A stretch of 64,000 bases of DNA. Origin: Clostridia bacterium. GTDB lineage: Bacteria; Bacillota; Clostridia; Oscillospirales; CAG-272. Below the pieces are notes generated by a model that did not search any database, was not told the DNA's origin, and worked only from the letters and a program-made list of their open reading frames with translations. Location: NCBI GenBank assembly GCA_017461945.1, contig JAFTSB010000024.1:56592-120591 (forward strand), read 5' to 3'. Made by a program: the position numbers and the translations under genes. Below, one piece after another: positions 15,341 to 26,056 of this stretch (within the stretch, counting starts at the first letter, position 1; each line of letters begins with the position of its first letter).

Positions 15341-15652
15341 ATGAGCAGAAAACCTTATAAGCAGTTTCATCACGGCAAAGAATTTCCAAAGACGCAGTAC
15401 AAAAGCAAACCGTTCAAATGGATTCCGTTCAGTTATATAGACACTTACAATGCCTATACTGGAAGGTTTCGTTCAAGAAGAAAATTCGGTTCGGACGGTT
15501 GGGCGTATAAAGATTTGGATACGCCCGATAATCACAAGCCATATGATCATGTGCACGACATTAAAAACGGGAAGAGAGCAAAAGACCGTAAGCCAAACAG
15601 GCAAGAACGTAAAGAATTTGAAAAAGCTAAAAAGAAAAGGAGATTTATGTAA
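15341..15652 (+). CDS. small strongly basic protein (103 aa), toxin-like candidate
   Basis: RBS AAGGAGGTGA. About 30 K/R residues out of 103. His/Asp-rich core DTPDNHKPYDHVHD. Lys/Arg tail. Confidence 0.65.
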   Translation: MSRKPYKQFHHGKEFPKTQYKSKPFKWIPFSYIDTYNAYTGRFRSRRKFGSDGWAYKDLDTPDNHKPYDHVHDIKNGKRAKDRKPNRQERKEFEKAKKKRRFM

Positions 15653-15918
15653 TGCTTGATTTAACAAAATACAACCTCGATGATGATGACATTGAGTTTG
15701 TAAAAGATATGAAGGAAGATATTGAAAACCAGAACGAAATTATATTGGCATACCAAGGAAAATCGTTTGTTTTGGAGCCAAGCGGCGAAGCTGTGCATGT
15801 TTATGCCTATGGTGAGGATTTGGGAGATTACGAGAGCTTTGATGATTTACTTCTTAACCATAAAATTGATGGCAAACCTTTAATCGAGCTTGTAAAAGAG
15901 ATTGAATACGGTGACTGA
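15652..15918 (+). CDS. small strongly acidic protein (88 aa), antidote/immunity-like candidate
   Basis: Start shares one nucleotide with the upstream stop (TAATG). Rich in D/E (LDDDDIEF, EDLGDYESFDD). Confidence 0.65.
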   Translation: MLDLTKYNLDDDDIEFVKDMKEDIENQNEIILAYQGKSFVLEPSGEAVHVYAYGEDLGDYESFDDLLLNHKIDGKPLIELVKEIEYGD

Positions 15919-16130
15919 TTCAAAAACAACATCACTTCTGCAATATTAAACATTCCTAACATAGAAAAGAGAGAACATTCCGGATTTGAGCCGTTTTGTT
16001 CCCTCTTTTTGCTTTTGATAGGGGTTTGAGCTTAACCCATTTTTCATTCGACTGGTCAAATGAGACGCTTGCGCTTTTGGCAAGCAATAAATGATCGGAT
16101 AAGGACATCACCCCTTGGCCGGCCCTGCTT

Positions 16131-17291
16131 TTATTTTCTTTTAAATCCGGTGCGCTTATCCTCCATCACACGAGGGCGAAAATACTGATATAAATTGCAA
16201 GGGATCATGCCGTTATACAGCTTACGTATCTTATCAGCGCGGCGACCGTACAGCATTTCGAATTTCTCGTGAGAGGTCAATACATAGATCTGCCAAGGCT
16301 CCAGCGCCGCAAAGGCGCGTCCAAGATCGCGATATAGGTCCTCCACCTCCTGTAGTTCCATCATACGCTCGCCGTAAGGCGGATTGCAAACAACGGTTCC
16401 CCGGCGATCAGGTCCTGGCTTTTTGATGTTTCTGGCATCAGCCTTGAAAAATCGGATGCAGTCAGCCACGCCGGCGCGCTCGGCATTTTCCTTGGCATAT
16501 TGCAGCACCTTTTCATCCACATCCGAGCCGTAAATATCCAAATGCACATCCTGCCGCACCAAATCGCAGGCCTCCTCGGCAGCATTCAACCATGCCGAAC
16601 GTTCGACCCAGGGGAAATCCATTGCAGAAAAACGGCGATCAAGGCCCGGCGCTATGTTTTTCAGAATCATAGCAGCCTCGATCACAATGGTACCGGAGCC
16701 ACAAAAGGGATCCCAAAACAAAATATCCTCTCGCGGACGGGCATTCAATGCCAGGGCGGCCCCCAATGTTTCACGCAAAGGGGCAGCGCCTGCCGCAGGT
16801 CTGTAGCCGCGTTTGTGCAGCGCCACACCGCTGGTATCGATCATCAGTGTTGCGACATCTTTAAAAATGAAAAACTCGATCTGATATTTCACACCGGTTT
16901 CGGCAAACCATTTGATGCCATACGCAGAGGAAAGCCGTTCGACCACGGCCTTTTTCACGATGCTCTGGCAGTCCGGAACAGAAAACAAGGTACTTTTAAT
17001 CGCGTGACCCTTGACAGGAAAGGCATCTTCCTTGCCAATGAACTGCTCAAAGGGCAACGCCCTTACCCCATCAAACAGCTCTGTAAAGGTACGGGCAGGA
17101 AATTGCCCCACACGCACAAAAACGCGCTCTGCACATCGTAACCGGATGTTGGCTCTGGCAACATCCGCCATCTCTCCTTGAAAGGTCACACGACCGTCCA
17201 TCGTCTCCAAGCGCTTGCAGCCGAGAGCATCGATCTCCTCGCCAAGCTGCTTTTCCAAGCCGAACAGACAGGTTGCAACAAACTCGATCAT
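16131..17291 (-). CDS. THUMP-domain class I SAM-dependent RNA methyltransferase (RlmL/YpsC-like)
   Basis: DPFCGSGT (SAM motif I) and NPPYGER (motif IV). Start set at MIEFVATC, overlapping the uvrA stop (ATGA). An alternative ATG lies at 17309. Confidence 0.85.
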   Translation of the reverse strand: MIEFVATCLFGLEKQLGEEIDALGCKRLETMDGRVTFQGEMADVARANIRLRCAERVFVRVGQFPARTFTELFDGVRALPFEQFIGKEDAFPVKGHAIKSTLFSVPDCQSIVKKAVVERLSSAYGIKWFAETGVKYQIEFFIFKDVATLMIDTSGVALHKRGYRPAAGAAPLRETLGAALALNARPREDILFWDPFCGSGTIVIEAAMILKNIAPGLDRRFSAMDFPWVERSAWLNAAEEACDLVRQDVHLDIYGSDVDEKVLQYAKENAERAGVADCIRFFKADARNIKKPGPDRRGTVVCNPPYGERMMELQEVEDLYRDLGRAFAALEPWQIYVLTSHEKFEMLYGRRADKIRKLYNGMIPCNLYQYFRPRVMEDKRTGFKRK

Positions 17292-20125
17292 TGATTTCTC
17301 ACCAACCATTTCTTCAGATATTCACCCGTATAAGACACAGGATTTTCAGCCACCTGCTCGGGGGTGCCGGTCGCAACCAGCGTTCCGCCGCCCTCGCCGC
17401 CCTCGGGGCCAAGATCGATGATATAGTCGGCGGTCTTGATCACATCCAGATTGTGCTCGATGACCAGCACGGTATTCCCTGCCTCGACCAATCGGTTCAG
17501 CATCTGGATCAGTTTTGCCACATCGGCGCTGTGCAGACCGGTCGTGGGCTCGTCCAAAATATAAATGGTTTTACCAGTGGAACGTCTCGACAATTGCTCT
17601 GCCAGCTTAATGCGTTGTGCTTCGCCGCCGGATAGCGTCGTGGAGGATTGACCGATGGAAATATATCCCAGTCCCACATCATATAGGGCCTGCAGCTTGC
17701 GCTTGATAGAAGGAATCCCATCAAAGAAGGACAAGCCTTCTTCTACCGTCATATCCAGCACATCGGAAATATTTTTGCCCTTATAATGCACATCAAGAGT
17801 ATCCCGATTGTAGCGCTTGCCCTTGCAAACATCACATTTTACGTATACATCGGGCAAGAAATGCATTTCGATCTTTTTAACACCGTCACCCTCACAGGAT
17901 TCGCAGCGACCACCCTTTACGTTAAAGGAAAATCGCCCTGCTGTGTAGCCGTGCGCCTTCGCATCGGAGGTTTTGGCAAAGAGATCGCGGATCTCATTAA
18001 ACAACCCCGTATAGGTGGCCGGATTGGAGCGCGGTGTTCTACCAATGGGGCTTTGATCAATGGAAATGACCTTATCCAGATGCTCTGCCCCTTCAATGGA
18101 ATCGTGAGGGCCGGGATACATCACGGCACGATTCAGCTTGTGCGCCAAGTAAGGGTAAAGAATACCGTTGACCAAGGAGGATTTTCCCGAGCCCGAAACA
18201 CCGGTCACGCACACAAAACACCCCAGCGGCACATCAACATTCAGGCTCTTCAGATTATTTTGCCGCGCCCCCTTTACCGACAGCACGAAACCGTTTCCAA
18301 CTCTGCGCTCCTTAGGAACAGCAATCTTTTCCCTGCCCGACAGATACGCGCCGGTCAAGGATTCCTTGCAGGCCATAATCTCCGCAGGCGTTCCCTGTGC
18401 CACAATATATCCACCATGAATGCCCGCGCCGGGACCCACGTCTACAATATAATCGGCGGCCTCCATTGTCTCCTCGTCGTGTTCAACAACAATAACACTG
18501 TTCCCCAGGTCGCGCAAGCGCTGCAGGGTGCGGATCAGCTTGATATTATCGCGTTGATGTAAACCGATACTAGGCTCGTCCAAAATATACAGTACGCCCA
18601 TCAAAGCAGAGCCGATCTGGGTCGCCAAGCGAATACGCTGAGCCTCACCACCCGAGAGTGTTCCCGCTTTACGGGAAAGGGTCAGATAATCCAAACCTAC
18701 GCTGATCAAAAAGCCCAGTCGTGAGCGTACCTCCTTAAGGATCTCCTTGGCAATGGTCAATTCGGTTTCGTTCAGCTCCAGGCCATTGACAAAATCCAAG
18801 GCATCCTTCACAGACATGCTACAGAACTCGTGAATGTTCTTGCCTCCAACGGTCACTGCCAAAATGTTAGGGGCCAATCGTTTACCGTGACATTCGGGGC
18901 ACGGTGCATCCTCCAAAAATTCGTCGTAATATTCGTTGGAATACATCCGCATGCGTTTTTCAATCATATTGACCAAGCCATCAAAGGGTACGATCTGTTC
19001 ATGACGTTCACCGCCAAAATAACGCACAACGTGATAACGCTCATCTCCGGAGCCGTAGTATAGCACGTTCAACTGTTCTTTGGTAAACTCCTTAACGGGC
19101 GTATCCAACGTAAAGCCATATTTTTCACCAACAGCCGCAAACAAAGGGCCGTTCCAGCTCATCGTTTCCAAGGTTTTAAAGCCATTGACCGCAATCGCTC
19201 CCTTTGCCAAGGTCAAGCTATCATCCGGTATCAGCTTATATACCGCAATGCGTCTCATTTCGCCAAGACCGGCACAATGAGGGCAAGCGCCTTGAGGATT
19301 ATTGAAGGAGAACATACGGGGCTCTAACTCGCCGAAGGAAATATTGTGCTCCTCGCAGGCATAGTTTTGGGAAAAGGCCAATTCTTCGACCGTTTCCTCC
19401 TCTCCTCTTGCCACGGGCGAGATCAGCAGATTGCCGTCTGCCAGGTTCAGCGCCGTTTCCACGGAGTCACCCAAACGCGCGCGAATGTCTCCGCGATTGA
19501 TCAAACGGTCTACCACCACCTCAATGGTGTGTTTTTTGTTCTTATCCAGCTTGATCTCCTCAGAAAGCTCGTACATATTGCCGTCCACACGCACACGGGA
19601 ATAGCCGCTTTTGCGCGCATCGGCAAATACCTTTTCGTGCATACCCTTTTGCGCACGCACAACGGGAGCAAGCACCATAAATCGCGCACCTTCTGGCAAA
19701 GAAAGAATGCGATCTACGATCTGATCCTTGCTTTGCTGACGGATTTCCTTGCCGCAAATCGGGCAATGCGGTACACCGATACGAGCGTACAGCAAACGCA
19801 GATAATCATAGATCTCGGTTACAGTACCCACGGTAGAGCGAGGATTTTTAGAGGTGGTCTTCTGATCAATCGAAATGGCGGGAGACAACCCCTCAATGCT
19901 ATCCAGATCGGGCTTATCCAGCTGTCCCAAAAACATGCGGGCATAGGAGGAAAGCGACTCCACAAAACGGCGATGGCCCTCGGCATAAATGGTATCAAAG
20001 GCCAGCGACGACTTGCCAGAGCCAGAAAGGCCGGTAAACACCACCAGCTTATCGCGCGGAATGGTGATGTCGATATTTTTCATATTATGGACGCGAACGC
20101 CCTTTAAAATCAATTCGTTTGCCAT
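17288..20125 (-). CDS. uvrA: excinuclease ABC subunit A
   Basis: 945 aa. Two ABC ATPase modules ([28 protein letters not shown] twice) and zinc-finger Cys clusters. Confidence 0.97.
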   Translation of the reverse strand: MANELILKGVRVHNMKNIDITIPRDKLVVFTGLSGSGKSSLAFDTIYAEGHRRFVESLSSYARMFLGQLDKPDLDSIEGLSPAISIDQKTTSKNPRSTVGTVTEIYDYLRLLYARIGVPHCPICGKEIRQQSKDQIVDRILSLPEGARFMVLAPVVRAQKGMHEKVFADARKSGYSRVRVDGNMYELSEEIKLDKNKKHTIEVVVDRLINRGDIRARLGDSVETALNLADGNLLISPVARGEEETVEELAFSQNYACEEHNISFGELEPRMFSFNNPQGACPHCAGLGEMRRIAVYKLIPDDSLTLAKGAIAVNGFKTLETMSWNGPLFAAVGEKYGFTLDTPVKEFTKEQLNVLYYGSGDERYHVVRYFGGERHEQIVPFDGLVNMIEKRMRMYSNEYYDEFLEDAPCPECHGKRLAPNILAVTVGGKNIHEFCSMSVKDALDFVNGLELNETELTIAKEILKEVRSRLGFLISVGLDYLTLSRKAGTLSGGEAQRIRLATQIGSALMGVLYILDEPSIGLHQRDNIKLIRTLQRLRDLGNSVIVVEHDEETMEAADYIVDVGPGAGIHGGYIVAQGTPAEIMACKESLTGAYLSGREKIAVPKERRVGNGFVLSVKGARQNNLKSLNVDVPLGCFVCVTGVSGSGKSSLVNGILYPYLAHKLNRAVMYPGPHDSIEGAEHLDKVISIDQSPIGRTPRSNPATYTGLFNEIRDLFAKTSDAKAHGYTAGRFSFNVKGGRCESCEGDGVKKIEMHFLPDVYVKCDVCKGKRYNRDTLDVHYKGKNISDVLDMTVEEGLSFFDGIPSIKRKLQALYDVGLGYISIGQSSTTLSGGEAQRIKLAEQLSRRSTGKTIYILDEPTTGLHSADVAKLIQMLNRLVEAGNTVLVIEHNLDVIKTADYIIDLGPEGGEGGGTLVATGTPEQVAENPVSYTGEYLKKWLVRNQ

Positions 20126-20127
20126 AT

Positions 20128-22104
20128 TTACTTCTCTTCTCGCAATTGCTTGATCTTATCACGCAGAAATGCCGCCTGCTCGAACTCCAGCTTTTTGGCG
20201 GCCTCCTTCATTTCGGCGGTCAGGGTATCGATCAGCTTTTGGCGCTGGGTCGGTGTTAACTTTTCCTTGCCCTTCTTCTTGGCAGCATCATCAGCGGCCT
20301 TGCCGATCTCAATGATATCGTGTACGCCCTTCACAATGGTTTTGGGCACAATACCGTGCTCTTTGTTGTAAGCATCTTGAATACCACGGCGGCGGTTGGT
20401 TTCGCCAATGGCTTTGGCCATGGATTTGGTCACGGTATCAGCGTACATGATCACTTTGCCCTCGGCATTGCGCGCCGCACGACCAATGGTTTGGATCAGT
20501 GAGGTTTCGGTGCGCAAAAAGCCCTCTTTGTCGGCATCCAGTATGGCTACCAAAGAGACCTCCGGCAAATCCAGACCTTCCCGCAACAAATTGATACCAA
20601 CCAGTACGTCAAATTCTCCAAGGCGTAGATCGCGAATGATCTCCATACGTTCAATGGTCTCCACGTTATGATGGATATACCGCACGCGCACGCCGTTTTC
20701 CTCCAAATAAGAGGTCAGATCCTCGGCCATTTGCTTGGTTAGCGTTGTAACCAACACACGCTCCTTTTTGGTTGCACGCAGGCGAATCTCACCAAGAAGA
20801 TCATCCACCTGCCCCTCAATGGGTCGAACCTCCACCTCGGGGTCCAAAAGACCCGTGGGACGAATGATCTGCTCTACCACTTGTTCGGAATGCTCTTTTT
20901 CAAAATCGGCAGGCGTAGCGCTGACCAAAACTGCCTGTCCTACGCGTGCTTCAAACTCGTTAAAATACAAGGGGCGGTTGTCATAAGCCGAAGGCAAACG
21001 AAAACCGAAATCCACCAAATTCTGCTTTCTGGCGGTATCTCCGCCGCTCATACCCCGTACCTGCGGAATCATCACGTGCGATTCGTCTACGATCATCAGA
21101 TAATCGTCCGGAAAAAAATCCAACAACGTATAGGGAGTAGAGCCCGCAGGTCGTCCTGCCAGAACCCGGGAATAGTTTTCCACGCCGGAGCAATACCCTA
21201 CCTCGCGCAGCATTTCCAGATCGTATTTGACACGCTCTTGAATCCGCTGTGCTTCGATCAGTTTCCCTTGGCTTTCAAAAAAGAGGACACGCTCCTGCAT
21301 CTCGTTATGAATCTGTGTCAATGCCGCTTCGCGTTTTTCGTCTGACACCGCATAATGGGTGGCAGGAAATAAGCTGAAATGATGCAATTCTCGCAAAATT
21401 TGCCCCGTTACCACGCGAAATTCACACACGCGATCGATCTCATCACCAAAAAACTCCACACGAACAGCCGTATCGGCAGGGCCGCCGGTGGGATAAATAT
21501 CCACGGTATCCCCTCGCACACGAAATTTGGTGCGCACAAAATTCAGATCATTGCGCTCGTACTGAATATGCACCAAGCGCCGTAAAAGCTCGTCCCTGCT
21601 GATCTCCATGCCCGGGCGCAGTGAGAGCATCATATTTCTGTAATCGACAGGATCACCCAAGGAATAAATGCAGGAGACACTTGCCACGATAATCACATCG
21701 CGCCGCTCCAACAAAGCAGCGGTTGCCGAATGGCGAAGGCGGTCGATCTCGTCGTTGATGGAAGCATCCTTCTCGATATACATATCCTTGCCCGGAATAT
21801 AGGCCTCCGGCTGATAGTAGTCGTAGTACGATACAAAGAATTCTACTGCCGCATCCGGAAAAAACTCTCTCATTTCCGAACAAAGTTGGGCGGCAAGCGT
21901 CTTATTGGGCTCCAAGATCAAGGTAGGACGGTTCATGCGCTCGATCACGTTTGCCATGGTAAAGGTTTTGCCGGAACCGGTAACGCCCAGTAATGTCTGA
22001 TAACGCATGCCGGCGTTCAGCCCTTCACAAATAGCATCAATGGCCTGGGGCTGATCGCCCGTAGGTTGAAATGGACTTTTCAAGTGAAATTCACCCTTTA
22101 GCAT
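20128..22104 (-). CDS. uvrB: excinuclease ABC subunit B
   Basis: 658 aa from [22 protein letters not shown] (RBS AAGGAGGA). [12 protein letters not shown] box, C-terminal UVR motif. The ORF-track N-terminal extension was trimmed. Confidence 0.97.
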   Translation of the reverse strand: MLKGEFHLKSPFQPTGDQPQAIDAICEGLNAGMRYQTLLGVTGSGKTFTMANVIERMNRPTLILEPNKTLAAQLCSEMREFFPDAAVEFFVSYYDYYQPEAYIPGKDMYIEKDASINDEIDRLRHSATAALLERRDVIIVASVSCIYSLGDPVDYRNMMLSLRPGMEISRDELLRRLVHIQYERNDLNFVRTKFRVRGDTVDIYPTGGPADTAVRVEFFGDEIDRVCEFRVVTGQILRELHHFSLFPATHYAVSDEKREAALTQIHNEMQERVLFFESQGKLIEAQRIQERVKYDLEMLREVGYCSGVENYSRVLAGRPAGSTPYTLLDFFPDDYLMIVDESHVMIPQVRGMSGGDTARKQNLVDFGFRLPSAYDNRPLYFNEFEARVGQAVLVSATPADFEKEHSEQVVEQIIRPTGLLDPEVEVRPIEGQVDDLLGEIRLRATKKERVLVTTLTKQMAEDLTSYLEENGVRVRYIHHNVETIERMEIIRDLRLGEFDVLVGINLLREGLDLPEVSLVAILDADKEGFLRTETSLIQTIGRAARNAEGKVIMYADTVTKSMAKAIGETNRRRGIQDAYNKEHGIVPKTIVKGVHDIIEIGKAADDAAKKKGKEKLTPTQRQKLIDTLTAEMKEAAKKLEFEQAAFLRDKIKQLREEK

Positions 22105-22276
22105 TGCACATCCTCCTTTTTTCCAAAATCCGAAAACACTTGTCAAAACAAGCCTAAAATAGTATATCACATTATAGAGAAAAAGTAAAGTTGGAATAGA
22201 AAATTTCCGCTTTTGGATTGACACAATCCCTACAAGATGTTAAAATGGTTTCATTGCCGAAAAGGAGCATTCACAC

Positions 22277-22864
22277 ATGGATAAAATCGTTTATTTTTTG
22301 CGTCACGGGCAGGCCGAAAGCAACGCGCGGCATTTTTTTGCAGGACATTCAGATGTGCCGCTGACCGAGCTGGGTATACAGCAAGCCAAGGACACAGCCC
22401 CCATTTTGGCGCACATCGTCTTTGATAAGGTCTATTGCAGCGATCTGCAGCGCGCACGCAACACGGCTGCTTTGGCTCTGCCGCATTATACGTGCGAATA
22501 CACGAAGGAGATCCGCGAGGTAGATGTCGGAGCGCTTGCGTATCAACCCACGGCGGATTGCGAAAAGAAATACGGCGACCTATATTGGCAATGCCGCAAA
22601 AAACGGGATTACTCCCCTTTTGGCGGCGAGAGCCGAGAACAGTTTAACGGGCGCGTGCACGGATTTTTGAACCGATTGGCCCAAAACGATCAAGGCCCCA
22701 CCGTGGCCGTTGTTTGTCACGGAGGCGCTATTCAAAGTGCCGTTCAATACGTTTTGGGTGACTGTCAGAATATGGCGCAGCCGGATAACTGCAGTATTAC
22801 AAAATTCTCTTATACCAACGGCGTTTGGAAGTTGGAAGCCTGGAATGTAACTGCAAAATTGTGA
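22277..22864 (+). CDS. histidine phosphatase family protein (phosphoglycerate-mutase-like)
   Basis: RHGQAESN catalytic RHG motif near the N-terminus and CHGG near the C-terminus. Confidence 0.85.
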   Translation: MDKIVYFLRHGQAESNARHFFAGHSDVPLTELGIQQAKDTAPILAHIVFDKVYCSDLQRARNTAALALPHYTCEYTKEIREVDVGALAYQPTADCEKKYGDLYWQCRKKRDYSPFGGESREQFNGRVHGFLNRLAQNDQGPTVAVVCHGGAIQSAVQYVLGDCQNMAQPDNCSITKFSYTNGVWKLEAWNVTAKL

Positions 22865-22867
22865 TTA

Positions 22868-22918
22868 TGCGCAACAAAGGCGAACTGTTTTACACAGTTC
22901 GCCTTTGTTGCGTTTTAT
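22868..22918. terminator. bidirectional terminator
   Basis: CGCAACAAAGGCGAACTG-ttttaca-CAGTTCGCCTTTGTTGCG followed by TTTT. Confidence 0.75.
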
Positions 22919-22920
22919 TT

Positions 22921-23547
22921 TTAAAAAATAGGATGAATGAAAAAATAGCAAAGCACAGCAGACAGCGTGGAAGAAAGGCTGCCCAGCAGGAATTCGCGCA
23001 CGGTGTGGCGTTTCATATAAATCGAAGCCCAGAAGGATGCAACATACACCACCAGCGAGATCGGAATTGCGTACCATCCTACAAACAAACTGGCCAGCAC
23101 CAGAGGGCCCATTAGACTACAGGCGTGACCGCTGGCGTGCCAAGGGGTAAGACAGTTGATAGCTGTTAAGATCACAACAGAAACCAAATACACAACTGCG
23201 ATATACAGCTGATTAGGAACCGCATCGCAAAGAGCGCAAACCACAACGGCAGCACCATAGCCCAAAAAGCTGAACACAAAGGCGAGCTTACGTTGCGCCT
23301 TCTGCCCGCCCTCGCGAAATCCAGACAACAATTTCTGCGCTATATACGCCAAAACCGGCACAACTGCCAGCAGCAACAGCATCCAAGCAAATTCCCAAAC
23401 AGAAGAAAACACATTGGTGCCGAACCAAAGCACGATCAGTAAGGATGCCACCATAACCGGCGGCACGGTAACCCCACGAATCACTTTTGCAATTTTATGA
23501 AGAAGGCTCCCCTTCTCTTTTTGTTCCAACGGGCAAACGCAGTTCAT
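22921..23547 (-). CDS. integral membrane protein, unknown function
   Basis: At least 5 hydrophobic helices. Start chosen at MNCVCPLEQ (GGAGA RBS). An alternative ATG lies at 23565. Confidence 0.6.
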   Translation of the reverse strand: MNCVCPLEQKEKGSLLHKIAKVIRGVTVPPVMVASLLIVLWFGTNVFSSVWEFAWMLLLLAVVPVLAYIAQKLLSGFREGGQKAQRKLAFVFSFLGYGAAVVVCALCDAVPNQLYIAVVYLVSVVILTAINCLTPWHASGHACSLMGPLVLASLFVGWYAIPISLVVYVASFWASIYMKRHTVREFLLGSLSSTLSAVLCYFFIHPIF

Positions 23548-23733
23548 AACCGATCTCCGTTTCATGATTCATTTTCCGATTCCAGTTTTTGCGGTTTTTG
23601 AAACCACATCTTGCGGTATTTGAATGTTATCATGAGTTTGTGTATGCCATATGTCGTGATTGTGAATATATTGTAAATAGGAAAAGGCACTGAAGCGAAC
23701 TCGCTACAGCGCCTTTTTTCTCAACAAAACAAA

Positions 23734-24678
23734 TTATTTTTCGAGCTTAGCAATGACGTTCTCTGCATACACGCCAAAGCCCAAATCATTCGGATGCACG
23801 GCATCCGCCATAAAATCACCATGATACGGCACCAATTCCATGCCATCGATCAAGGTAAAGCCATGAGAAGCAGCCTCCTCCTTTACCACCGCACAAGCCT
23901 CAAGAAAGCTACCCATTTTCTTTTGCTTTTGCCAGTCAGAACGATAAATGGGAGAGATTACATACACCCTTTTATCGCCAAACTGTGCGAATATGCTATC
24001 CAGAAATTTAGCCGCATGGCCACGCATTTCCTCCAGAGTGGAATAATGGCCGAAATCGTTGGTGCCATAAGCCACCAAAACCGTGTCGGCATCAAAATCA
24101 ACACAGTCCCAAGTGCCCTCATGGAAATAAGCACCGCCAATGCCCTGAATGATACTGTCTGCGTCATAATACTGCGTTACACGCCACGCCCAAGACAAGG
24201 AGTCATATCGGCTGTTCCAACCTTGCGTAATTGAGTCACCAATAAATAGCATCTTGGTAGCATGCTTATGAGGGGTGATATACGAGCCATCGTCCAATTC
24301 TACATCACCCAGAACGCCACGACTGTGGCTGGGAAAAATCAGCGTAACGCGCTTCTCTCCTTCTTCTAAATCAAAGGTCGGTTTTTCGCACTTGGCGCGA
24401 TAGGCCTCCGCGTGAATACGATAGCGTTGTAAGCCATTGATCAAAACCTCGAATTTATCGCCGTCAACGGCCGTAAAGGACAGGGTTTTTGAATTGGTAT
24501 GGAAATCCAAACGGATGCCGGTAGTGGTTTCTGATCGGACACCAAGTGTCTGCGATAGCGCATACCATGCTGCCACCTGCTTTTCGGTGCATTTTGCAAA
24601 ATGAATGCCGTCGCTCTCCTCTTTTACCGAAAGAGCGCCAAAGGTCGAGCGTTTGATCTGCTCAAAGGACAGTTTCAT
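23734..24678 (-). CDS. SGNH/GDSL-family hydrolase
   Basis: LFIGDSITQGW (block I GDS), GTND, and a C-terminal DAVHP (D-x-x-H). Confidence 0.8.
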   Translation of the reverse strand: MKLSFEQIKRSTFGALSVKEESDGIHFAKCTEKQVAAWYALSQTLGVRSETTTGIRLDFHTNSKTLSFTAVDGDKFEVLINGLQRYRIHAEAYRAKCEKPTFDLEEGEKRVTLIFPSHSRGVLGDVELDDGSYITPHKHATKMLFIGDSITQGWNSRYDSLSWAWRVTQYYDADSIIQGIGGAYFHEGTWDCVDFDADTVLVAYGTNDFGHYSTLEEMRGHAAKFLDSIFAQFGDKRVYVISPIYRSDWQKQKKMGSFLEACAVVKEEAASHGFTLIDGMELVPYHGDFMADAVHPNDLGFGVYAENVIAKLEK

Positions 24679-25298
24679 AATTCCACCTCATCCAAAAGTT
24701 TTATAATGTCTGACAAACAATTCACGCGAAATTCAGCTTTGCAATCGGAATAATAGCCTTCTGGGTCAAACAAGCAACCCTTCATACCTGCATTATGTCC
24801 AACTTCAATATCTATGTCGCGGTCACCAACCATTAGGGCGGTGGAAGCATCGATATCAAACTTTTCACAAAGAAAATGCAACGCCGTAGGGTCGGGCTTG
24901 CGTGGAAAACCGTGAGAGAAATCCAAGGTGTAGGTGACATAAGGGGTAAATCCCCATTTTTCGATCACATCATGTACAAATTTGCCGGAATGGGTGTAGA
25001 TAAAATTGCGTTTACCGGTCAAAGCGGCACTTCTTAACAGCTCCAAGGCCTCAGCAAACGGCTTTTGGTCCACCATGGCTGCGGCTGCGCACCGTTGATC
25101 CAGAAGCGCGCGAAACTCGGGAGTATACAAGCCGTAATGCTTCAGTGCATGGCCATAGGACACCTTCAAAAGATCGTAGACTTCCTGATAGGTAGCCGAG
25201 ATCCCCTGCTCCTTTAAAATACCCAAAAACACCTTTGTTACCACAGGATATGTATCCGACAACGTACCATCAAAATCATAAATCAAATTCTCGATCAT
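24675..25298 (-). CDS. HAD-superfamily hydrolase (phosphoglycolate-phosphatase-like)
   Basis: IYDFDGTLSDT (DxDGT) and VGDRDIDIE motifs. Stop overlaps the downstream start. Confidence 0.85.
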   Translation of the reverse strand: MIENLIYDFDGTLSDTYPVVTKVFLGILKEQGISATYQEVYDLLKVSYGHALKHYGLYTPEFRALLDQRCAAAAMVDQKPFAEALELLRSAALTGKRNFIYTHSGKFVHDVIEKWGFTPYVTYTLDFSHGFPRKPDPTALHFLCEKFDIDASTALMVGDRDIDIEVGHNAGMKGCLFDPEGYYSDCKAEFRVNCLSDIIKLLDEVEL

Positions 25299-25343
25299 TG
25301 TTCCACCTTCTCAATAGTCTGTCAACGCACATTGTATATTTTT

Positions 25344-25928
25344 TCATTCAGGACGTCCGTTGTTCTTGACATCTTTGTTTTTTGGGATTAAAATATTAGT
25401 AGCGTGCAAATTATAGCTGCCAAGCACATAGGCGAGACCGCTGATCAAAATGGCAGGGACAACAATCGCAAAATAAACCCAAGCAAAATCGTGCAGCTGC
25501 AGACCACGGAAGGGTGCTGCGAGAATACCTTGATACATGCCCTCCAGCATCAAAGCAATGCTGCGGCAAATCGCACCCATTTTAGAAAGTCCGGAACCGG
25601 CAGATGCAAAATCGCGGAACAGCGATAATAATGCAAGTAACAGATTGACCGAATTGGCCAAAGCGGCAATCACAAAGCCCTTCCACAAGCCGCGGGATTG
25701 CTTTTTAGCAACGGCACTGATACCATCCTTGGCCCCAACCTCCCACATAACGGCATATTGCAAAAAGAGGTAAAACACCACGGCAAAAATGCTGGTAACG
25801 TAAAGCAACGTTTCCTTTTGAGCGCGTGCGCAAGCAAAGGAGAGGCCAACGCCAAACAAGGCAATGGCAAACTGATTTAAAAACAGTTTGACCGCTGTAT
25901 AGGAATAGCGAGAGAAAAAATCTTTCAT
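25344..25928 (-). CDS. integral membrane protein, unknown function (194 aa)
   Basis: ORF-track entry with 4-5 hydrophobic helices. Confidence 0.6.
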   Translation of the reverse strand: MKDFFSRYSYTAVKLFLNQFAIALFGVGLSFACARAQKETLLYVTSIFAVVFYLFLQYAVMWEVGAKDGISAVAKKQSRGLWKGFVIAALANSVNLLLALLSLFRDFASAGSGLSKMGAICRSIALMLEGMYQGILAAPFRGLQLHDFAWVYFAIVVPAILISGLAYVLGSYNLHATNILIPKNKDVKNNGRPE

Positions 25929-26056
25929 TGCATGATCCTTTCGGAATAAATGTTCACTTTCATTATAACTGACATCTATCTGTATTGCAAGAAATAAGCG
26001 AAATATTTACATTTTATCTACTAAAATATCACGACAATCGTCGAAAAGGAGGAAGA

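Larger units (their letters stand above)
14155..16130. other. low-GC accessory island (~2 kb) inserted between housekeeping operons
   Basis: 60-nt samples counted by hand: 30-32% G+C inside (14401-14460, 15661-15720) versus 47-52% in the flanks (13801-13860, 16201-16260). Four small non-housekeeping genes. Confidence 0.6.

Noticed and set aside
16020-16107. Small minus-strand ORF (MSLSDHLLLAKSAS...) just downstream of the methyltransferase gene
   Set aside because: The only purine-rich stretch abuts the ATG (2-nt spacing), the ORF runs through a hairpin, and it has no recognisable features. It is probably non-coding spacer at the island edge.
17786-20107. Plus-strand ORFs 17786..18562 and 19346..20107 (258 and 253 aa) inside uvrA, and similar ones inside uvrB
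   Set aside because: They are antisense to unambiguous uvrA/uvrB coding sequence, with no translation signals.
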